A stretch of 32,000 nucleotides of DNA, taken from the NCBI RefSeq assembly GCF_000619845.1, contig NZ_JHUX01000004.1, positions 325,190 through 357,189 on the forward strand. Reading direction: 5' to 3'. Shown here piece by piece: positions 25,634 to 32,000 of the stretch. The notes under the pieces were generated by a model. That model had not been told where the DNA came from. It saw only the letters and a list, made by a program, of their open reading frames with translations, and did no database searches. A program made the position numbers and the translations under genes. The first letter of the stretch is position 1. Every line of letters begins with the position of its first letter. The DNA is from Alkanindiges illinoisensis DSM 15370. GTDB lineage: Bacteria > Pseudomonadota > Gammaproteobacteria > Pseudomonadales > Moraxellaceae.

Positions 25634-27559
25634 TTACTTATCCTTATGGTAAACATGCATTTTATCAGCCTCCATATCTGCTTGTATATTCTTCCTTAAA
25701 TCCTCTGCAATACGCTTGTACATTACCTCATCCTTTAACTGCTTTTGATAAATAAGCTCAATTTTTGTTAAAAGCTGTAAAGCTAATTTATAATAACCTT
25801 TATTTCCTAGATCAGCGACCATAGCTAATGCAGCACTAACATCTCGATATTGAACGGCTGCTCGCAAATAATTCTGATATGCTTTGTGTGGTAGCTCTAA
25901 TGCAGCAAATAATTGTGCTTGCAGATAATTCGATAATGCATAAAAATTAGGGTAATCTCTGTAAGATTTATTATATTTTATAAGATTAGTGAGAAGCTCA
26001 GTCATTTCTTGAGCATATAATCTAGTAAGTTTTTGATCCTTAATGATTTTATCAACCAAGCCACGTAATCCCCAAATAGCCGCACCATCAGCATTTTGTT
26101 TTAATATCTGGTGTTGAAGCCTTAAAAAATCTTGTTTACTAACCTTTCCGATATCTATTTTTTGTTTTAACAGTTGAATAAGTAAACTTGAATCAGGATG
26201 GCAAGCTATTGCTTGCTCTAACACTTGATTAGCTTCTTGAGATCGACCATGTTGCATCAATATTTCGGCTAATTTACTCTGAGCACGTACTGACTCAGGA
26301 TTATTCTGTGCCCAATAAACCTGCAGTTTTGTTGTATCTGACCATAAAATCACACGTTGCCATGTCATCCATGCTAATATTATTAATATTAGACAACTAA
26401 TGAAAATAACAGAACTCGATTTAGTTCTTTCAGATAAATTGTATAAACCTGCAGCTATAGGTAAAAATAAAAATATTGCTGCTACATAATTTCGGTGCTC
26501 AAAATATAACTCTAAACCAATGACACTTGATTCAATTAAGTGGGCTGCAAAAAAGAATAAAATTGCTAAACAAATTAGTGGATATTTTTTTCTAATAGCA
26601 AATGCAAAACCTAATAAAAAAATTATAAAGATAATCGATATTAATGTAGTAACTGGGTTTAACCACCCCTTAGAAATATAGTAACCATCTTGAAATAAAC
26701 CATAACCTTCTATACGTGGAATGAATAGCTGATATAAATAACTACAAATGATTCTTGCTTCGCTCCATAAACGCTCAGCCTGATTAAATGAACGATATGG
26801 CCAAGGATTTTCTGAAAAATCAATATAATGAAATAATAATGCTGCGATTACCGTTGATGGCATCCACAAACATATTGCACGCCAATACCAAATAGGTTTA
26901 TTAACCTTAGTAGGATTACAGAATTCTATAATTAAAATTAAAAGTGGTAATAAAGCACCATTTTCCTTGCTATAAGTTGCTAATATACTACTAATACTGA
27001 TGGATAAAGTCATTATAATATAAGCATGTAAGGGTCGTCTAGTTAATAAAGCTCTTCCTCTTAAATATCCAATCATACCTAACAGGCTAAATAATAACGG
27101 TAACTGTGCCATCCGTTGTATAACATATAACGTTGTAGAAACAAAGAAAGGATGTAACAACCAAAAGCCACATGATAAAAGTGCAATCCATGTTGCCTTT
27201 TTTTCTATGTATCCATAACTTAATAAAATTAAACGTATTGTCCAGTAGATTAAAATGCCACATGATAAATGAATAGCTAAATTGACTAATTTAAAAGGAT
27301 AAGCGCTTATTGGCCATGAATAAGCCTGAGGAATAAATGTGGCTAACGCAATGGGACGTCCTGTAGGTCCAGCAAAACCACTAGTTATAAATTGTTGGAT
27401 ATCTTTCCATTGTCCAGAATCCCTATAGTGAGCTAGACCCGCGAGATTAGATTGATCATCAAATAAAAACCCACCTTGAAGGCCTGGCCAATAAACTAAT
27501 CCAGTAAGTAAAATTAATATAAATAAACCAGTTGTTGGAATAATGCGAGTCATCAACAT
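25634..27559 (-). CDS. GT-C fold polytopic membrane glycosyltransferase with a C-terminal TPR domain (TfpW / TMTC / DUF1736-like); candidate pilin glycosyltransferase
   Basis: 641 aa. About 11-13 hydrophobic segments span residues 1-400. An FLFDD motif (D34-D35, codons at 27455-27460) lies in the first predicted periplasmic loop. LELYFEHRNY is present near the last TM segments. Residues from about 410 to 630 are helical TPR-like repeats. It is the first gene downstream of pilA. Confidence 0.65.
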   Translation of the reverse strand: MLMTRIIPTTGLFILILLTGLVYWPGLQGGFLFDDQSNLAGLAHYRDSGQWKDIQQFITSGFAGPTGRPIALATFIPQAYSWPISAYPFKLVNLAIHLSCGILIYWTIRLILLSYGYIEKKATWIALLSCGFWLLHPFFVSTTLYVIQRMAQLPLLFSLLGMIGYLRGRALLTRRPLHAYIIMTLSISISSILATYSKENGALLPLLILIIEFCNPTKVNKPIWYWRAICLWMPSTVIAALLFHYIDFSENPWPYRSFNQAERLWSEARIICSYLYQLFIPRIEGYGLFQDGYYISKGWLNPVTTLISIIFIIFLLGFAFAIRKKYPLICLAILFFFAAHLIESSVIGLELYFEHRNYVAAIFLFLPIAAGLYNLSERTKSSSVIFISCLILIILAWMTWQRVILWSDTTKLQVYWAQNNPESVRAQSKLAEILMQHGRSQEANQVLEQAIACHPDSSLLIQLLKQKIDIGKVSKQDFLRLQHQILKQNADGAAIWGLRGLVDKIIKDQKLTRLYAQEMTELLTNLIKYNKSYRDYPNFYALSNYLQAQLFAALELPHKAYQNYLRAAVQYRDVSAALAMVADLGNKGYYKLALQLLTKIELIYQKQLKDEVMYKRIAEDLRKNIQADMEADKMHVYHKDK

Positions 27560-27628
27560 ATATTTATAATCTTAAAATTTATAGAACAATCACTTTAAGT
27601 ACATTTTTTTCTTAAGATGATCTTAAAT

Positions 27629-27657
27629 AAGAAGAGGCTCCTATAGAGCCTCTTCTT
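27629..27657 (-). terminator. Hairpin (probable partial terminator/attenuator) between pilA and the glycosylation operon
   Basis: AAGAAGAGGCTCctataGAGCCTCTTCTT is a 12-bp perfect stem. The trailing minus-strand sequence ATTTAAG is only weakly U-rich, so read-through is plausible. Confidence 0.55.
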
Positions 27658-27684
27658 ATTTTATAGGTCGTTAATACTGATTAA

Positions 27685-28092
27685 TTACAGTACGCCTTTA
27701 GGTAAATATTTAGCAATACCACCATTACTAGTAACTTTTATTGAACCATTTCTATCTGTCTTAGCAACTACTTGTTTACTTTCAATTTGTTTAGCAACTC
27801 CAGAAGATGCATAGGTAATAGTAACAGTACATTCACCTGTAGCACTTGGAGCACCAGCTGTTACTTTTACACTTGCAGCATATTTACCGTGTGCACTGCT
27901 ACTACCACAATCTCCAGTTTGCAAGCTGTCGCCGATATCAGCTTTTAGGCCATCAGCTAATGCAAAACCTTCAGCAGCTTGTGATCGTGCAATATAATCT
28001 TGGTAAGCAGGAATCGCAAAAGCAGCCAGAATACCAATGATCGCTACAACGATCATCAATTCAATTAACGTAAAACCCTTTTGTGCGTTCAT
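27685..28092 (-). CDS. pilA: Type IVa major pilin
   Basis: [38 protein letters not shown] has the class III signal peptide, the prepilin peptidase site and Glu5. The start was set at ATG 28090-28092, preceded by AGGAGA. The track ORF start at 28176 adds 28 spurious residues. 135 aa precursor. Confidence 0.9.
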   Translation of the reverse strand: MNAQKGFTLIELMIVVAIIGILAAFAIPAYQDYIARSQAAEGFALADGLKADIGDSLQTGDCGSSSAHGKYAASVKVTAGAPSATGECTVTITYASSGVAKQIESKQVVAKTDRNGSIKVTSNGGIAKYLPKGVL

Positions 28093-28170
28093 ATAAATTC
28101 TCCTAGGAATACAAAAATAGTAGTGTTGGCTTGTTGTTTTGACCAACGCTCTAACACACACGCTGTTATA

Positions 28171-28187
28171 TTGCATTTGTCATGCCA
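28171..28187 (-). promoter_or_regulatory. Sigma-54 (-24/-12) promoter of pilA
   Basis: The minus strand reads TGGCATGACAAATGCAA, against the consensus TGGCACG-N4-TTGCW with correct GG/GC spacing. It lies about 80 nt upstream of the pilA ATG. Confidence 0.7.
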
Positions 28188-28361
28188 AATCAATATCTGT
28201 GAATTGATAACGCTGCAAAAACAGGCAAATAAAGCCATTTTGTTAGTTAGAGCACATTTATATTTATTATTAAAAAGCAATTTAAGGAAATATTTGACAT
28301 TTTTTGTCACTTAGCCATAGCATCTACAAAAATAGTCAGTTTAATCAATAGCCTTAAATTG

Positions 28362-28922
28362 CTATAAAAATATAGCCTGATTGCTTAATTCATTACCTAA
28401 GTCTTTTATTTTGTTAGCATAAAATTGGTTGAGCACTTCGCCAATTTGCTCAATACCGCTAATTACCCCGGCACAATACTGTTTTTGCTTGAGCTGCGCA
28501 GTAATATTACTGCAAATTGTGTCCCAATTCTCGCTTGTAACAAAATGATTTATGCCGCGATCAGCCACAATTTCAACTTTGCGTTCACATAAGTTGATGT
28601 ATAGCAGCACACCGCTGTTATAGGCAGTGTCCCATACCCCATATTCAGCAAACAGCTGTTTTGCACGGGTTCTGGTATTAGTGCGCAATGCCATATCCAG
28701 TGGCAGATGTCCTTCAATAATCACCTGGATCTCACCTGCATGATTTTGTTCAGCCTGCGCGACGGCATTGCTAATCTGCTTTTGTACATCCGCATTAAAG
28801 CATCGACGCGTCTGCCACGGTAGATAAATAAAATTTCTAAACCAGCGGGGAAAATCCAGTTGTTTACAATCATCTGTTAGTTTTTGATGACTACTTATCA
28901 GGTCAGTATCATTATTTACCAT
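28362..28922 (-). CDS. TPM-domain (TLP18.3/Psb32/MOLO-1, DUF477) protein
   Basis: 186 aa, third gene of the lemA operon. The motif AGEIQVIIEGHLP...NSGVLLYINLCERKVEIVADRGI resembles the TPM phosphatase-like fold. The start overlaps the upstream stop. Confidence 0.6.
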   Translation of the reverse strand: MVNNDTDLISSHQKLTDDCKQLDFPRWFRNFIYLPWQTRRCFNADVQKQISNAVAQAEQNHAGEIQVIIEGHLPLDMALRTNTRTRAKQLFAEYGVWDTAYNSGVLLYINLCERKVEIVADRGINHFVTSENWDTICSNITAQLKQKQYCAGVISGIEQIGEVLNQFYANKIKDLGNELSNQAIFL

Positions 28923-30010
28923 GATCCAGAAGCTCCGCCGCCGCCAAATGAGCCACCGCCACCGCGATAGCCTCCGCCACCAAAACCGCCACCACCGCGT
29001 CCTCCACCAAACCCACCACCGTTTAGTACACCGGATAGAAGTAGCTGTGCAATTGAACTAATTAATAAAAAGAATACACCCCCACCTAGCATCAAACTGC
29101 TAATGAGACCAAGTCCACTGCTTAAGCCCCAGCCGATTCCTACTGCACCGGCAATACTGGCGCTTAGGGATTTTCCTATAAACAGTGCCGCAAACATACC
29201 GCCCAAGCAAAGAATGATCAGCATGGTCAAACTGCTTTGGGTACGGGCCTGTTGCTGGGCCTGAGCCGCCTGCTGTTGTTTGAGCTGATCCGCACTGTTT
29301 TTAGCAATTTCTGGATCAAGTTTTAAGATTTGGGCAATCTGGTTTAAGCCAGCAGTCAATCCAGCCGCATAATTGCCTTGTTTAAACTGGGGGGTAATTT
29401 GCTCTTCAATAATGCGCTTAAGTACAACATCGGGTAATACGCCTTCTAGTCCATAACCCGTTAAAATCTGGATACGGTGATCATTGACTGCAACCATGAT
29501 GAGCAAGCCATTATCTGTTTTTTCGTTACCCAGTTTCCATTGTTCAAAAGCACGGTTAGCGTAATCAAAAATGGCTTCCTGCCCGGTACTGGGCAAGATA
29601 ATAAGTCCGGTTTGTGCGCGTCCTGTCTGATAAATTTCTAGAATTTTTTGGCTAAGTTGCTGCTGTTGCTCACTGGTTAATAAGTTGGCCTGATCAATCA
29701 CCGGGCTGTTTAAATCTGGCAATGTGGCTTGAATGAGGTTGGGGTCAGCCTGTGCAGGTCTCTCTGCCGACGTTGAGGCGTCTATAGTGCTTTGATTATT
29801 GATGGGCGCACTGATGGGCGGAATAGCACTGTTCAGTACTGGCCCACCCGCCTGCTTGGCCTGATTTAGAACGATTGCCGCTTCTGCCACCTGGTCTGCT
29901 TGCGTCGCTGATTCTGCATGGGTTTGGACAGCAGTTAACAGCAATACCATCATTATAAAAATGATTAAATATTGATGGCATTTTTCCTGTAAAACTGCAA
30001 GTAGCGGCAT
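28916..30010 (-). CDS. YgcG-like TPM-domain membrane protein with a glycine-rich C-terminal tail
   Basis: It has a signal/anchor, a TPM domain (VIDQANLLTSEQQQQLSQKILEIYQTGRAQTGLIILPS...DNGLLIMVAVNDHRIQILTGYGLEG), TM segments, and a GGGFGGGRGGGGFGGGGYRGGGGSFGGGGASGSW tail. The exact start is uncertain (30010 or an internal Met). Confidence 0.65.
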   Translation of the reverse strand: MPLLAVLQEKCHQYLIIFIMMVLLLTAVQTHAESATQADQVAEAAIVLNQAKQAGGPVLNSAIPPISAPINNQSTIDASTSAERPAQADPNLIQATLPDLNSPVIDQANLLTSEQQQQLSQKILEIYQTGRAQTGLIILPSTGQEAIFDYANRAFEQWKLGNEKTDNGLLIMVAVNDHRIQILTGYGLEGVLPDVVLKRIIEEQITPQFKQGNYAAGLTAGLNQIAQILKLDPEIAKNSADQLKQQQAAQAQQQARTQSSLTMLIILCLGGMFAALFIGKSLSASIAGAVGIGWGLSSGLGLISSLMLGGGVFFLLISSIAQLLLSGVLNGGGFGGGRGGGGFGGGGYRGGGGSFGGGGASGSW

Positions 30011-30165
30011 GGCATTGTCTTCTGCTTTGGCCTTTTAACTGCGGATAATTTTTAGTTATCCAGCGTTACGGCATTAAAATCAGGTTTCTCACAAGCAAGT
30101 TATTTTCACAATATGGTTTTAAAAACATGATCCTAAGAACCTAATTTTACAACCATGAGCATTAA

Positions 30166-30807
30166 TCAGGGCTGTGCCACTGGTGGTGCTGATTGACCAG
30201 CGGGTGTTGCTGTATCAAAACTAACTGTCGGTGCGGTGGCAATGGCAGCTTCATTATTCACTGAAAAATTGGGGCGTGGCTGCATGCCAATCACTTTGGC
30301 TGTTAGCGACTGTGGCAACTGGCGTACATAGGTGTTGTAGTCCTGCACCGTCGTGATATAACGATTGCGTGCCACGGTAATGCGGTTTTCAGTGCCCTCC
30401 AGTTGTGCACTTAAATCACGGAATGAGGCATCTGCTTTAAGGTTTGGATAGTTCTCAGACACCACCAGCAAACGTGACAAAGCCCCGGTTAACTGGCTTT
30501 GGGCTTGCTGAAATTTCTGGAATGCAACCGGATCATTTACTAATTCAGGGGTGGCCTGAATCCCAGCCACCGATGCACGGGCACGGGTAACTTCGGTCAA
30601 TACCTGCTGTTCGTGGCTGGCATAGCCTTTGACGACATTGACCAGATTGGGTACCAAGTCGGCGCGACGCTGATACTGATTCAAAACTTCAGACCAACTG
30701 GCGTTTACCGCTTCATCTTTGGCCTGCAAGTTATTGTAGCCACAACCTGGCAAGCTGCTGGCCAGTACGCTTATTAGCAGTAATGCTGGTAATACCCGAC
30801 GTGTCAT
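30166..30807 (-). CDS. lemA: LemA-family lipoprotein
   Basis: The lipobox is LASSLPG-C. The LemA body reads YNNLQAKDEAVNASWSEVLNQYQRRADLVPNLVNVVKGYASHEQ...ENYPNLKA...LEGTENRITVARNRY. Confidence 0.85.
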   Translation of the reverse strand: MTRRVLPALLLISVLASSLPGCGYNNLQAKDEAVNASWSEVLNQYQRRADLVPNLVNVVKGYASHEQQVLTEVTRARASVAGIQATPELVNDPVAFQKFQQAQSQLTGALSRLLVVSENYPNLKADASFRDLSAQLEGTENRITVARNRYITTVQDYNTYVRQLPQSLTAKVIGMQPRPNFSVNNEAAIATAPTVSFDTATPAGQSAPPVAQP

Positions 30808-30995
30808 GTGTCTAACCTGTTTTTATCAATGTATATGATTGACATCATGCGGCAACGGACAAGTTTTTCCAGATTGAAATTGTGAATATTTTTAATGGCT
30901 TGTTACTGTTGGTGCTTCAAACAACTTTTAAATAGTTTAAAAAAAGCCCTGAAGTGACGATGGCAAATAACACTTATACTTAACAAGACAGCGTG

Positions 30996-31076
30996 GCTTT
31001 GCTAAGCGTACACTCAAGCATAGCTTTCATCTTGCGGTACGGCTAAGCGATGCTTTGCTAATCGTACCTCAGGGCG
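30996..31076. repeat. Local direct repeats in the lemA / hydrolase spacer
   Basis: GCTTTGCTAAGCGTAC (30996-31011) and GCTTTGCTAATCGTAC (31052-31067) are 15/16 identical. A related unit GCTTTCATCTTGCGGTAC lies at 31023-31040, and GCTAAGCG is repeated at 31042-31049. Confidence 0.55.
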
Positions 31077-31112
31077 GTAGGAGAACAACAAAAACTATTT
31101 AGGGGCCAATTA

Positions 31113-32000
31113 TTAGTGGATGGTCTTGGCAACTTCCATAAAACTTGCCACCTGATATTCATTCGCCAGTCGGTTTTTCCAGTAATTCAAAATCTTGGAA
31201 TGGTCAATTTCCGAAGGGTGAAAATCCTTTTTATAGTAGGAAAAATATTCAGGGGTGAGCTGAACCAGCATTTTTGCGACCAGATACAGTCCGCGAAGAT
31301 TGCCACCAACTTTTGGCAGACTTTTCCATTTGTCCTGCCAGAATAAACGCTGGGTGGCATACAGGGTCAAACTGGCAAAACTGGTGGTTACCGCCTGCAT
31401 GACCTGACGGCGCAATTTTAGGTCACCATACAGGGCTTGATAGGTGTCAAATGCCACACTGCGATGCTCGATTTCTTCAATGGCATGCCATACCCAGAGC
31501 TTTACCGCATCATCATCCAGCGTTTCCAGCAATTCAGGATGATTTAGAATATAACCGCCTAGCAAAGCCGTGAAATGTTCAAAGGCACTGGTAATTGCAA
31601 GCTGTACTTTATAAGGCGCATTTTTCAGGCGGTGATCGTGTTTGGCCAGCCAGGCCTGAAAGCTATCCAGTTGATAGTCATCACGTCGCCAGGCCTGATT
31701 AAACTCAGTATGCGCCTTGGAATGCATGGCTTCCTGACCGATAAACGCAGCAATTTCAGCTTGTAACTGCTCATCAGTAATCCGGTCACGAACATTACGG
31801 ACACTGTGCACAAAAAACTGTTCACCAATCGGAAAGGTAGAGGATAACGCGGTCAGCAGATGCGACATAACCGGTGAATTGGCAAAAAAATGACGCTTGA
31901 TGAGCTGAGGATTAAAATCCAGACGGCGCACTGTAATGCCATTGGCTTTACGGCGATTTAAATACTTCTTATCTGATATTGTATTGGCCACAGCAGTCAT
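31113..32000 (-). CDS. Predicted metal-dependent hydrolase (PF10118-like)
   Basis: 295 aa. His/Glu-rich helices are typical of this family (FIGQEAMHSKAHTEFN, FEHFTALLG, HAIEEIEHRSVAFD). The ATG sits exactly at the window edge, so the true start may lie further upstream. Confidence 0.6.
   Translation of the reverse strand: MTAVANTISDKKYLNRRKANGITVRRLDFNPQLIKRHFFANSPVMSHLLTALSSTFPIGEQFFVHSVRNVRDRITDEQLQAEIAAFIGQEAMHSKAHTEFNQAWRRDDYQLDSFQAWLAKHDHRLKNAPYKVQLAITSAFEHFTALLGGYILNHPELLETLDDDAVKLWVWHAIEEIEHRSVAFDTYQALYGDLKLRRQVMQAVTTSFASLTLYATQRLFWQDKWKSLPKVGGNLRGLYLVAKMLVQLTPEYFSYYKKDFHPSEIDHSKILNYWKNRLANEYQVASFMEVAKTIH

Larger units (their letters stand above)
17346..27684. other. AT-rich glycan-biosynthesis island between the IS481 element and pilA
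   Basis: Eight glycosylation or export genes lie here. G+C is visibly lower than in the flanking core genes; this was not computed. The island is bounded by an IS on one side and by the pilin gene on the other. Confidence 0.7.

Noticed and set aside
28925-29030. GGN/CCN triplet-rich tract as a possible phase-variable simple sequence repeat
   Set aside because: The tract is imperfect (mixed ccg/cca/cct/aaa codons) and simply encodes the Gly-rich tail typical of YgcG-like proteins. There is no homopolymer or perfect tandem repeat.
1-32000. CRISPR arrays, rRNA genes, toxin-antitoxin pairs and known phage-defence systems
   Set aside because: No regularly spaced direct repeats, no rRNA-like sequence and no small paired ORFs or defence-type domain signatures were seen. 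The many short antisense ORFs in the track (for example 529..726, 8673..9059, 12280..12600, 16728..17174, 23055..23264) lie inside well-supported genes on the other strand and were discarded.

Overview
The window looks like a Moraxellaceae, probably Acinetobacter, chromosomal segment. This is inferred from gene content and order; no search was run. Gene order is as follows. (1) hslO 3' end, a DUF945 gene, and a divergent LysR regulator / PACE (AceI-like) efflux pair. (2) A periplasmic beta-propeller gene. (3) A decayed tRNA-Arg-associated islet holding a secreted MORN-repeat protein and an internally deleted integrase, inside a tRNA-Arg/Ser/Leu cluster. (4) Core genes rnr, a SIMPL/YggE-like gene with an in-frame TAA, rpoZ, spoT, ridA, bfd and bfr. 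(5) An IS481-family element with a frameshifted transposase. (6) A visibly AT-rich block of about 10 kb with eight glycan-biosynthesis genes, ending at a type IVa pilin gene (pilA) that has a sigma-54 promoter. (7) A lemA / ygcG / TPM operon and a PF10118-like metal-dependent hydrolase gene that runs to the window edge. The main candidate for a new system is the six-gene operon packed directly downstream of pilA. It encodes a GT-C membrane glycosyltransferase with a C-terminal TPR domain (TfpW/TMTC-like), a DPM1/GtrB-like polyprenol-phosphate glycosyltransferase, a PglK/MsbA-like ABC exporter, ManC and two GT2 enzymes. It sits where Acinetobacter usually carries the Wzy_C-type pilin O-oligosaccharyltransferase tfpO, and no such enzyme is present. 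No CRISPR array, rRNA or recognisable defence system was seen. All family assignments rest on motifs read by eye and remembered family signatures, so they need HMM/BLAST confirmation.
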